A stretch of DNA of 64,000 bases from Arcobacteraceae bacterium (lineage in GTDB: Bacteria > Campylobacterota > Campylobacteria > Campylobacterales > Arcobacteraceae), in assembly GCA_963662945.1 (NCBI GenBank), contig OY759974.1, positions 1,696,001 through 1,760,000 on the forward strand, in the 5' to 3' direction. Shown here piece after piece: positions 1 to 8,558 of the stretch (its first letter is position 1; the number at the start of each line of letters is the position of its first letter). Below the pieces are notes generated by a model. It searched no databases. It had not been told where the DNA came from and saw only the letters and a list, made by a program, of their open reading frames with translations. Both the position numbers and the translations under genes were made by a program.

Positions 1-7
1 TAAAAAT

Positions 8-745
8 TTATTTTTTACTCCAGTGTAAAATTTCCCATTTCCCCTCATAGGTTTCAACAATCGCAGTACACGATTCAACCCAATCTCCACAGTTGAGATA
101 ATGAATATTGTTTATTGTACGAATTTCAGCTTTATGTATATGACCGCAAATAACTCCATCATAACCATTTTTTTTTGCATACGTAGATAAAATATTTTCA
201 TAATCATTGATAAAACTCACTGATTTTTTTACATTGTCTTTAACAAATTTAGATAAAGACCATTTTGTTTTTATTTTAAAAAGTTTAAATATTTTCATCA
301 AGATAAGATTGAGATGGAGAATTAAATCATATCCATAATCTCCTAACACTGCTAACCATTTTTTAGTCATAGTGACCATATCAAAAAAATCACCATGAGT
401 AATCAAATATCTATTTCCATCTAGTGATTCGTATTCCATTTCATTTTTTACTTCAAGAGAATCTCCTAGAACCAAAGGGACAAATGGCCGTATAAATTCA
501 TCATGATTACCTGTTATAAAATGTACTTTTGTACCTTTTTTAGCAATTTTTAATATCCTTTGAACAACATTTGAGTGGGACTGATACCATTTGAATTTTC
601 TTTTTATTGCCCAACCATCTATAATATCACCAACTAAAAAAAGATTGTCAGATTCTGTATGTTTTAAAAAATTTGCTAAAAGGTCAGCTTGGGCAAATTT
701 TGTTCCGAGGTGAATATCTGATATAAAAATTGACTTGTATTTCAT
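8..745 (-). CDS. Metallophosphoesterase, LpxH-like / PlcP-type phospholipase C
   Basis: Motifs ISDIHLG, LVGDIIDGW, GNHDE, ITHGD, ICGHIH, NCGDWVESCTA. Confidence 0.85.
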   Translation of the reverse strand: MKYKSIFISDIHLGTKFAQADLLANFLKHTESDNLFLVGDIIDGWAIKRKFKWYQSHSNVVQRILKIAKKGTKVHFITGNHDEFIRPFVPLVLGDSLEVKNEMEYESLDGNRYLITHGDFFDMVTMTKKWLAVLGDYGYDLILHLNLILMKIFKLFKIKTKWSLSKFVKDNVKKSVSFINDYENILSTYAKKNGYDGVICGHIHKAEIRTINNIHYLNCGDWVESCTAIVETYEGKWEILHWSKK

Positions 746-751
746 GGGCGT

Positions 752-821
752 AGTATACTAAGTCTTGATTGCATAACAGTTACAAAGTTATAATTGAATT
801 GTAACTATAATTGTATACACT
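752..821. promoter_or_regulatory. Divergent promoter pair with 11-bp-phased GT(T/A)AC half-sites (PhoB/OmpR-type geometry)
   Basis: Plus: GTTACA(779)-N5-ATAATT(790)-N5-GTAACT(801)-N9-TACACT(816-821). Minus: GTTACA(805-800), GTAACT(783-778), GCAATC(772-767), N9, TATACT(757-752). Confidence 0.5.
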
Positions 822-827
822 ATCTAT

Positions 828-2003
828 ATGGAAAATAAAAATATTAAAATTTGCCTTTTTAGTGATACTTTTTGTGATGCAAATGGTGTATCAAGATTTT
901 TACAAGATATGGCAAAAGAATCTTTAAATGCAAATGTAGAGTTAAATATTATTAGTTCAACTGTAAAAACTTATTGTGAAAAACTTCAGAATGTTTATAT
1001 ATTTAAACCATCTTTGAAAATTAAAATGCCGTTTTATAAAGAATTAGATTTAGTCCTCCCACCAATATTTAAAATAGCAAAAAAAGTAAAAGAGCTACAG
1101 CCAGATATAATACATATCTCAACTCCTGGTTTTGTGGGAATTGTAGGATTATTTATTGCATTAAAAAATAAGATTCCTGTTATGGGGACTTATCATACAG
1201 ATTTTCCTATGTATATTTATGCAAATACAAATTCAAAATTAGCAAAAAATATTACAAAATTTTATGTGAAATTATTTTATAAAAAATTTTCCTCTTTAAT
1301 TACTCGTTCAAATGAATATATGAAAGTTATTCATGAAGACATTTTATATAACAAAGAGAAGATATTTTTTTTACAACCAGGGACGAATATAAAAACATTT
1401 AGTCCTAAATATTATTGTAAAAATTTATGGGATGAATATAAAATACCTGAAAATGCTGTAAAGTTTTTATATGTAGGTCGTGTCACAAAAGAGAAAAATC
1501 TAGACCGATTTTTTGAAATTTGGAAATCATTTTATATGCAAAGTAAAAAGAAAGAAAGTTATCTTATTATTGTGGGAACAGGAGAATTAGAAAAATACAA
1601 AGAATTACTATTGCAATACAATATTATTTTTTTAGGACACAAAGCAAAAGAAGAATTATCAACTTTATATGCGAGTGCTACAATGTTAGTTTTTCCATCA
1701 ACTACAGATACTCTTGGACAAGTGGTATTAGAGTCTTTAGCCTCTTCAACTCCTGTTATTGTAACAAATAAAGGAGGACCTTGTGGAATAGTTTCTAATG
1801 CTGAAAATCAAGTAGGTTTTGTTTTAGATATAGAGCAAAAAGAAAGTTGGATAAAACTTTTAAAAAAGATAGAAAATAATAAAATAGACTTAAATTTATT
1901 GGGAAAAAACAGTTATCTATATTCAAAAAACTTTTCTATTTCTAACACATTTGAAAGTTTTATCAATATTCATTTAGAAACTCTAGCTATAAAAAAAGGG
2001 TAA
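828..2003 (+). CDS. Glycosyltransferase family 4 (GT-B fold)
   Basis: SDTF..NGV, IHISTPG, YHTDFP, YVGRVTKEKN, FPSTTDTLGQVVLESLAS. Confidence 0.9.
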   Translation: MENKNIKICLFSDTFCDANGVSRFLQDMAKESLNANVELNIISSTVKTYCEKLQNVYIFKPSLKIKMPFYKELDLVLPPIFKIAKKVKELQPDIIHISTPGFVGIVGLFIALKNKIPVMGTYHTDFPMYIYANTNSKLAKNITKFYVKLFYKKFSSLITRSNEYMKVIHEDILYNKEKIFFLQPGTNIKTFSPKYYCKNLWDEYKIPENAVKFLYVGRVTKEKNLDRFFEIWKSFYMQSKKKESYLIIVGTGELEKYKELLLQYNIIFLGHKAKEELSTLYASATMLVFPSTTDTLGQVVLESLASSTPVIVTNKGGPCGIVSNAENQVGFVLDIEQKESWIKLLKKIENNKIDLNLLGKNSYLYSKNFSISNTFESFINIHLETLAIKKG

Positions 2004-2024
2004 GCAATTTGCTTACCCTTTTTT
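1992..2024. terminator. Bidirectional intrinsic terminator
   Basis: AAAAAAGGGTAAGCAA-T-TTGCTTACCCTTTTTT perfect inverted repeat between convergent genes. Confidence 0.85.
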
Positions 2025-2041
2025 ATTTTATAAAAGACTGA

Positions 2042-2437
2042 TTACCAGCTTCTTATAATTCCATGACATCTAGAACATGCATTCATCATATCAGCATATC
2101 CTTCAGCAGCTTTTGTATAAGCTTTATCATCAAGATTTAACTCAATAATTGTTGCATCAGCTGTGATTCTTTTTGAAGCATTTTCAGCTACATTTACCAT
2201 GTGTTTTTTATTGTCTGGTAAAGAAGCTTTAATTAAAGTTTCAGAAGAGAACATAGCGTTCCCTTTTTTGATTTGTTCTAAACCTTCTCTTACCATTTTT
2301 TCATTGTTATTGATAAATCCGAATTGAACTTGTTCAATACCTTGTTGCATAATATTCATAGATTTAGTCATTACATCATTTGCTGATGCAAAACTTACAC
2401 TAAGAATTCCAGCCATTAAAATTTTTGCTAATTTCAT
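2042..2437 (-). CDS. Periplasmic helical monohaem cytochrome c (class II / c'-like)
   Basis: Signal peptide; single C-terminal CxxCH (CSRCH); 12 nt downstream of petC. Confidence 0.75.
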   Translation of the reverse strand: MKLAKILMAGILSVSFASANDVMTKSMNIMQQGIEQVQFGFINNNEKMVREGLEQIKKGNAMFSSETLIKASLPDNKKHMVNVAENASKRITADATIIELNLDDKAYTKAAEGYADMMNACSRCHGIIRSW

Positions 2438-2449
2438 AATTTTCCTTTC

Positions 2450-3322
2450 TTAGTGAACTTCTCGCCAAATTTTAGCTTTCCATAACCATGCAAAAATTGC
2501 AAAAATTACAAGATATCCTAAAAATGGTCCAGCAAGTGATTCTCTTTGTGGTTTTTTACTATCCCCAACTTCAGTCATATATGCTATAACTTGATCTTCA
2601 GCTTCTTTATTTAAACCAACTCTTGGCATAGCAGTACCTTCAAGGTGTTTTTGTGGGTTGTTAATAAATTCATGTAAATATCCCTCACCTCTACTTCTAA
2701 TATATTGAGAAAGATCTGGAGGAACTATACCCATATATGTTGAAATATTTTCTACAGGAGTTTTAGCTGCCATAGAACCACCATAGAAATCACCATATTT
2801 AATTGAGTGACATCTTTGACAAGCATCAACAAATACTTCTTTGTTTGACATTGTTTTTGGTGCAATTGATTTTAAATATGCTACGATATCTGCAATCTCA
2901 CTTGGTTGCATCCAACCATACGCTGGCATTGGATGAACTTTTCCATCTACAAATTTATGTTCAGTTTTAGTAGCTTTTACAGGATCTTTAATAAAAGCAG
3001 CTAAAAAGTTTTCATCATAAATATGACCAGCTGTACTTAAATCTGGTGGTACTACACCATAAGATGCTGCAGCACTTGCATCATCCATAATTGCAGGGAA
3101 ACCAGCTTTTTCAATAGCGTGACAAGCAGTACAATTTGCAGCAACTAGTTCAGCACCTTTTGTTGCATCACCAGTAGCACCGTTTAATCCATCAACATCG
3201 CTAAATGTATATTCAGGAGCTTCAACATGTGGATGTAAAACAGAGTGAGCGTAAGGCTCAACTCCCCAGTATATTGCACCAGTAAAAAATGCAACTACTG
3301 CTAATATTTTTAATTCTCTCAT
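2450..3322 (-). CDS. petC: Cytochrome bc1 complex, dihaem cytochrome c subunit
   Basis: CTACH and CQRCH, two PPDLS motifs, GTAMP, C-terminal TM helix; follows petB. Confidence 0.93.
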   Translation of the reverse strand: MRELKILAVVAFFTGAIYWGVEPYAHSVLHPHVEAPEYTFSDVDGLNGATGDATKGAELVAANCTACHAIEKAGFPAIMDDASAAASYGVVPPDLSTAGHIYDENFLAAFIKDPVKATKTEHKFVDGKVHPMPAYGWMQPSEIADIVAYLKSIAPKTMSNKEVFVDACQRCHSIKYGDFYGGSMAAKTPVENISTYMGIVPPDLSQYIRSRGEGYLHEFINNPQKHLEGTAMPRVGLNKEAEDQVIAYMTEVGDSKKPQRESLAGPFLGYLVIFAIFAWLWKAKIWREVH

Positions 3323-4572
3323 TATAGTGCTCCTCTTGCTTTAGCATCAGCTTTTGTAATAAATGGTAATGAAATCCATAGCAGTAAGAATGTTGCTGTA
3401 GCATAGAATCCTACCCAAGCATTTGCACCGGTTGGAGGTAATTTACCATAAACTGAAAGTACAAGTAAATCTACAATCATTATCCAAAACCAGATCATAA
3501 ATCTAGGTCTTTTGTGTGCAGGTAATATATCTGGATCTTTATCTAAGAATGGGAAAACTACAAAAATAATTTGTGCTAAACCAAATATGATAAGACCAAT
3601 ATCTCCAGCTTTCATACCAAACATATCAAAGAAAGGTCCTCTTAATGTTTCATATGACCATAAGAAATACCACTCAGGATAAATATGAGCAGGCGTTTTC
3701 ATAGGGTTTGCAGGATCAAAGTTAACTGGGTCCATTGCAAAGTTATAGTTAAAGAATACAAGATAGAAATAGAATAATAAGAATATTCCTAATATTGCGA
3801 AATCTTTAGATAAGAAAACAGGCCAAAATGGGATAACTTTTGATTCTTTTTTGTTTCCAGCTAAATATTTTTCAGCTTCAGCATCATAATCAATATCATC
3901 TGATTCTTGGTTGTTAACATGAGGAATTCTTAATGTGTAAAAGTGAACAACAATAAGTTTGATAATCACTAATGGTAATAAGAAAACGTGTAACATAAAG
4001 AATCTAGTAAGTGTTGCATCATTAACAGCAAATCCACCTCTAATCCATTCAACTAATCCCCAAGCTTCTAAAGATCCACCAGCAAATAAGTTAGTGATAA
4101 CCGCAGCTGCCCAGTAAGACATTTGTCCCCATGGTAACATATATCCAGAGAAACCAGCAGCACTGAATGTTACAAATAATAACATACCAGAAATCCAGAT
4201 CATCTCTCTACCTTTTTTATATGAACCATAGTAGATACCTGTAAACATATGAATATAGATGATTAAGAATACAACCGAAGCTGCAACACCATGCATATGT
4301 CTAAATAACCAACCATAAGCAACCTCTTGCATAATTGTGTAGTTTACACTATCAAATGCTAAAGCAGTATCTGGTTTGTAGTACATCATTAAGAAAATAC
4401 CACTTACAATAAGAATTGCAAATGTAGTTGCAAGTACAACACCCATAGCCCATAAGAAGTTAATATCTTTTGGAATCCAATATTCTGTCATCATAACTTT
4501 CCAGAATTTTTTAGCGTTCATTCGCTTATCAAATCCTTCAGCTGTAAATAACGATTCATTAATTTTTGCCAT
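3322..4572 (-). CDS. petB: Cytochrome b of the bc1 complex
   Basis: GWLFRHMH, GYMLPWGQMSYWA, TLTRFFMLH, HIYPEWYF. Confidence 0.97.
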   Translation of the reverse strand: MAKINESLFTAEGFDKRMNAKKFWKVMMTEYWIPKDINFLWAMGVVLATTFAILIVSGIFLMMYYKPDTALAFDSVNYTIMQEVAYGWLFRHMHGVAASVVFLIIYIHMFTGIYYGSYKKGREMIWISGMLLFVTFSAAGFSGYMLPWGQMSYWAAAVITNLFAGGSLEAWGLVEWIRGGFAVNDATLTRFFMLHVFLLPLVIIKLIVVHFYTLRIPHVNNQESDDIDYDAEAEKYLAGNKKESKVIPFWPVFLSKDFAILGIFLLFYFYLVFFNYNFAMDPVNFDPANPMKTPAHIYPEWYFLWSYETLRGPFFDMFGMKAGDIGLIIFGLAQIIFVVFPFLDKDPDILPAHKRPRFMIWFWIMIVDLLVLSVYGKLPPTGANAWVGFYATATFLLLWISLPFITKADAKARGAL

Positions 4573-4582
4573 ATTTTACCCC

Positions 4583-5086
4583 TTACGCTCTAGCTGTCAT
4601 CATAGCTTTTGATTCTGGACCATCTTCTCCAAGAGTAAGAACAGAACCTTCAACTTTAAATGGAGGTATTACAAATGGCTTTGGTGGTGGTCCAAATGTT
4701 TGTTGACCATTTGCATTAAACTCTCCACCGTGACATGCACATTTCCACATATCTTTTTTCCAAGCTGGAATACAACCAAGGTGTGTACAAAGACCTACAA
4801 CTACTGTGTATCTTTTATCACCAATAACTAAATCACCGTCAAATTTTTCCATATCTGCTGTTTTAAGTAAAACAAAGATAGGTTTACCTCTCCAAGTGTG
4901 TACTTGTGGTTTTCCTGGCTCAAGTCCAATATTAGCAAGATCTATTGTAGTAAAACCTGCTGCTAATACTGAAGGAAGTGGATCCCATGCTTGTTTCATA
5001 CCAACAAGCGATGCAACCCCACCAACTGCAGCAACAGCTGCAAATGAATACCCAAGAAAATCTCGTCTAGATGTTTCTTTAGACAT
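4583..5086 (-). CDS. petA: Rieske iron-sulfur protein
   Basis: Tat motif SRRDFL; CTHLGC and CACHG boxes. Confidence 0.97.
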   Translation of the reverse strand: MSKETSRRDFLGYSFAAVAAVGGVASLVGMKQAWDPLPSVLAAGFTTIDLANIGLEPGKPQVHTWRGKPIFVLLKTADMEKFDGDLVIGDKRYTVVVGLCTHLGCIPAWKKDMWKCACHGGEFNANGQQTFGPPPKPFVIPPFKVEGSVLTLGEDGPESKAMMTARA

Positions 5087-5148
5087 ATTTTTTTCCTTTT
5101 GTTAGATTTAAAATCTTGTAAGTATAATATCATTTAACTTAAATAGAT

Positions 5149-5162
5149 TTGACTTGTATCAA
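5149..5162. promoter_or_regulatory. Crp/Fnr-family box upstream of petABC
   Basis: TTGAC-TTGT-ATCAA, 9/10 match to TTGAT-N4-ATCAA, in the petA/purE divergent region. Confidence 0.6.
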
Positions 5163-5310
5163 AAATTAAGTTAAATTAAAGCATATATTACGAAAAGTAA
5201 TAAACTTATACTTATAATAATTATTATATTTAGTTTCTAAAATTACTTTGATTTGCTATAAAGTAAATTTTTGATAAAATCACAAAAATTAAAAAAAGTT
5301 AAGGATTAAA

Positions 5311-5805
5311 ATGGATTTTGTATCGATTATTATGGGAAGTAAGTCAGATTACGAGATTATGCAAAACTGTTCTAAAACATTAGAGCAATTTAATGTTAAA
5401 TACGAGTTGATAATATCTTCTGCGCACAGAAGTCCTCAAAGAACTAAAGACTATATTAAAACAGCAGAAGAAAAAGGTGCAAAAGTATTTATTGCAGCTG
5501 CTGGTATGGCTGCACATCTTGCTGGTGCACTTGCTGCTGGAACTACTAAACCAGTTATTGGAGTACCTATGAAAGGTGGTGCAATGGATGGTATGGACGC
5601 AATGCTTTCAACTGTTCAAATGCCATCAGGTATGCCAGTTGCTACAGTTGCATTAGGGAAAGCAGGAGCTGTAAACGCAGCATATTTAGCTATGCAAATT
5701 TTAGCTATTACAGATAAAGAACTTGCAATAAAACTTTTAGAAGATAGAATTGTAAAAGAAAAAGCTGTAGTAAATGATTCTAAAGAGATTGAGGTTTTAT
5801 TATAA
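5311..5805 (+). CDS. purE: N5-CAIR mutase
   Basis: IIMGSKSD, SAHRSP, AGMAAHL, STVQMPSGMPVATV. Confidence 0.97.
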   Translation: MDFVSIIMGSKSDYEIMQNCSKTLEQFNVKYELIISSAHRSPQRTKDYIKTAEEKGAKVFIAAAGMAAHLAGALAAGTTKPVIGVPMKGGAMDGMDAMLSTVQMPSGMPVATVALGKAGAVNAAYLAMQILAITDKELAIKLLEDRIVKEKAVVNDSKEIEVLL

Positions 5806-6035
5806 AACCAGTTGCCGTATTTACTGCACCTGGATGTACTTGGTGCAGTGAAGCAAAAAATTATCTTAAATCAAAAAAGATAAAATTTAATGTAGTGGAT
5901 GTTTCAAAAAACAAAATGGCATTAAAAGATTGTCAAAAACAAGGGTGTAAAGGTGTACCAGTAATTTTGGTTGGTAACACTTGGATTTGCGGTTTTGACA
6001 AACAAAAAATAAACAAAGCATTGGGAATAAAATAG
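5802..6035 (+). CDS. Glutaredoxin / NrdH-like redoxin (77 aa, non-canonical ATA start; missing from the ORF track)
   Basis: Own translation: (M)KPVAVFTAPGCTWCSEAKNYLKSKKIKFNVVDV...GVPVILVGNTWICGFDKQKINKALGIK*; CxxC, GVP and GFD motifs; GAGG at 5791-5794. Confidence 0.85.
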   Translation: MKPVAVFTAPGCTWCSEAKNYLKSKKIKFNVVDVSKNKMALKDCQKQGCKGVPVILVGNTWICGFDKQKINKALGIK

Positions 6036-6917
6036 ATGATAACATTTTCACAACTACTTTTAAAACTACAAGAGTTTTGGGCAAAGCAAGGATGTAATAT
6101 CGTACAACCTTATGATATACCAGCTGGGGCTGGAACATTTCATCCAGCAACACTATTAAGAAGTCTTGACAGCAAACCTTGGAGTGTAGCGTATGTTGCA
6201 CCTTCAAGAAGACCAACAGATGGAAGATATGGTGAAAATCCAAATAGACTTGGAAGTTATTACCAATTTCAAGCACTTATTAAACCAAGTCCTGCAAATA
6301 TTCAAGATTTGTATTTACAATCTTTAGAGTATCTTGGACTTGATTTATCAAAACATGATATAAGATTTGTAGAAGATAACTGGGAGTCTCCAACACTTGG
6401 TGCTTGGGGACTTGGTTGGGAAGTTTGGCTTGATGGTATGGAAGTTACGCAGTTTACATATTTTCAACAAGTTGGTGGAATCTCATGTGATCCAGTTGCT
6501 GTTGAGATAACTTATGGAACAGAGAGACTTGCTATGTATTTACAAGGTGTAGATACTGTTTTTGATATTGTTTGGAATGAAAATGAATTTGGAAAAACAA
6601 CATACAAAGATATTCATCTTGAAGGTGAAATAGAATTTAGTAAATATAACTTTGAAATAGCTAATACTGAGATGCTTTTTAAACATTTTGATGATGCTTT
6701 TGAAGAGTGTAAAAAATGTTTAGATGCAGGATTGCCACTTCCTGCGTATGATCAATGTATGATGGCCAGTCATGCTTTTAATACACTTGATGCTAGAAAA
6801 GCTATCAGTGTAACAAGTCGACAAAACTATATCTTAAAGGTGCGTGAGTTGGCACTGGGATGTGCAACGATGTATAAAGAGCAAGAACCAGAAAGACTAA
6901 AAAGATTAGGATACTAA
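6036..6917 (+). CDS. glyQ: Glycine--tRNA ligase alpha subunit
   Basis: [40 protein letters not shown]. Confidence 0.98.
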   Translation: MITFSQLLLKLQEFWAKQGCNIVQPYDIPAGAGTFHPATLLRSLDSKPWSVAYVAPSRRPTDGRYGENPNRLGSYYQFQALIKPSPANIQDLYLQSLEYLGLDLSKHDIRFVEDNWESPTLGAWGLGWEVWLDGMEVTQFTYFQQVGGISCDPVAVEITYGTERLAMYLQGVDTVFDIVWNENEFGKTTYKDIHLEGEIEFSKYNFEIANTEMLFKHFDDAFEECKKCLDAGLPLPAYDQCMMASHAFNTLDARKAISVTSRQNYILKVRELALGCATMYKEQEPERLKRLGY

Positions 6918-6921
6918 AAAA

Positions 6922-7656
6922 GTGCAAGTTAAAGATATTTATGATTATTTAAACGACTTAAGTCCTTTTGAACTTCAAGAAAAATGGGATAATAGTGGTT
7001 TAATAGTTGGAAATATGGAAGATGAGTTTGAAAATATCTATATCTCTTTGGATTTAGATTTAGAGATGATTGAAAAGATTGAACCAAAAAGTTTGATTAT
7101 TACACATCATCCACTTATTTTTAGTCCAATAAAAACTGTAAATGATGATAAATATGCAACAAAGCTTTTAAAAATTCTAATTAAAAAAGATATTGCACTT
7201 ATCTCTATGCATACAAATATAGATAAAACACATCTTAATGAGTTTGTAGGAAATGAGATTTTAGGTTTGAACTTTGAAAAAACTAATGATTTTGTATTGA
7301 CTACACACATTGATATGAGTTTTGAAGAGTTACAAAATCATATCAAACAAAAATTAGGGATGAACACTTTAAAAGTTACAACAAGTGATAAAAAGATAAA
7401 ATCATTATCTTTGACAACAGGTTCAGGTATGAGTTTATTACCTTTTATTACAACAGATTGTTTTTTAACAGGTGATATAAAATACCACGAAGCAATGGAG
7501 GCAAAAGCCTTAGGTATTAGTCTTATAGATATTGGACATTATGAAAGTGAGATACATTTTTGTACACTTTTAGAGGGTTTGATAAAAAACTATTTGAAAA
7601 AAAATAATAAAACAGCTATAATAGTAGCTTCACAAAATCCATTTGAATATAATTAG
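6922..7656 (+). CDS. Nif3/YbgI-like dinuclear metal centre protein
   Basis: WDNSGL, ITHHPLIF, HTNID, GDIKYH, GHYESE. Confidence 0.93.
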   Translation: MQVKDIYDYLNDLSPFELQEKWDNSGLIVGNMEDEFENIYISLDLDLEMIEKIEPKSLIITHHPLIFSPIKTVNDDKYATKLLKILIKKDIALISMHTNIDKTHLNEFVGNEILGLNFEKTNDFVLTTHIDMSFEELQNHIKQKLGMNTLKVTTSDKKIKSLSLTTGSGMSLLPFITTDCFLTGDIKYHEAMEAKALGISLIDIGHYESEIHFCTLLEGLIKNYLKKNNKTAIIVASQNPFEYN

Positions 7657-7668
7657 TAAGGAAATAGA

Positions 7669-8382
7669 TTGAACAAACATTTAGAACAATTAGTTAAATT
7701 ATCGCAATTTGATAAAGATATTGTTAATTTTGACCCACAAATCAAAAAAGAACAAGAGAAATTAAAAGTATTTACAGAAGCTGTAGATAGACTGAATGCA
7801 GATGTAGAAAAACATTATGCAATTATTGATGAGACAAAAAACAAAAGAATTAAAAATGATATTCATTTAAAGGAATTATCTGATAAGTTAGCAGAGATTG
7901 AAGGTAAACACAAACTTGCTAAAAATGAAAAAGAGGTAAAAGCTCTACAACTTGAAGAAGAGATAGCAAAAGAACAAGTAAACTTCGCAAATGAAGAGAT
8001 AGTAAGACTTGATAATTTAATTACATCTAAAACTGAAGAATTAGAAGCTATTAAAACAGAACTAGCAAGTGAAGAGGAATCAGTTAAAGAGTTAAAAGAT
8101 TTAATCGATGCAAATATTGCAGCACTTGAAGAGTCAAGAAACAAAGTTTATGAAGAAAAATCTGTACTTGTAGGATCAGTTGATTCTAAAGTTTTAGCTT
8201 TCTATGAAAAAATTAGAAGATGGGCAAATGAAAGTGCTGTAGTTCCAGTTAAAAAACAAGCATGTTATGGTTGTAATATGAAAATAAATGATAGATTTTA
8301 TTCTGAATTTATTGTTTCTGATGAGATTATGACATGTCCACACTGTGGAAGAATTATCTACAAACCAAACGAAGAAAACTAG
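7669..8382 (+). CDS. Coiled-coil plus C4 zinc-ribbon protein (HP0958/CT398-like)
   Basis: Long coiled coil; CYGC...CPHCGRI; position after nif3. Confidence 0.88.
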   Translation: MNKHLEQLVKLSQFDKDIVNFDPQIKKEQEKLKVFTEAVDRLNADVEKHYAIIDETKNKRIKNDIHLKELSDKLAEIEGKHKLAKNEKEVKALQLEEEIAKEQVNFANEEIVRLDNLITSKTEELEAIKTELASEEESVKELKDLIDANIAALEESRNKVYEEKSVLVGSVDSKVLAFYEKIRRWANESAVVPVKKQACYGCNMKINDRFYSEFIVSDEIMTCPHCGRIIYKPNEEN

Positions 8383-8517
8383 TTTAAAATAGCTCTTTTT
8401 AAAATATACTTCGTTAAAGTTAAATTTTTATTCAGTCACATACTACAGTATGCTTCTTCTTAAAAATTTAACTTTGCCTTGCCTATTTCAAAAATATCAA
8501 ATTTATAAACTAGTTTT
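8375..8517. repeat. Nested-palindrome intergenic element (MITE/REP-like)
   Basis: AAAACTAGTTTA/TAAACTAGTTTT (8375-8386/8506-8517); 15-bp stem 8416-8430/8461-8475; CATACT-AC-AGTATG (8439-8452). Confidence 0.75.
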
Positions 8518-8558
8518 AGAGTTATTAAGTTGAAAAGATTTTGGAGAAGTAAAACATT

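Noticed and set aside
5887..6276. 129-aa minus-strand ORF and the other short antisense ORFs in the track (e.g. 4806, 7863, 12380, 29236, 37402, 55686)
   Set aside because: Shadows of well-supported genes on the opposite strand, with no family motifs
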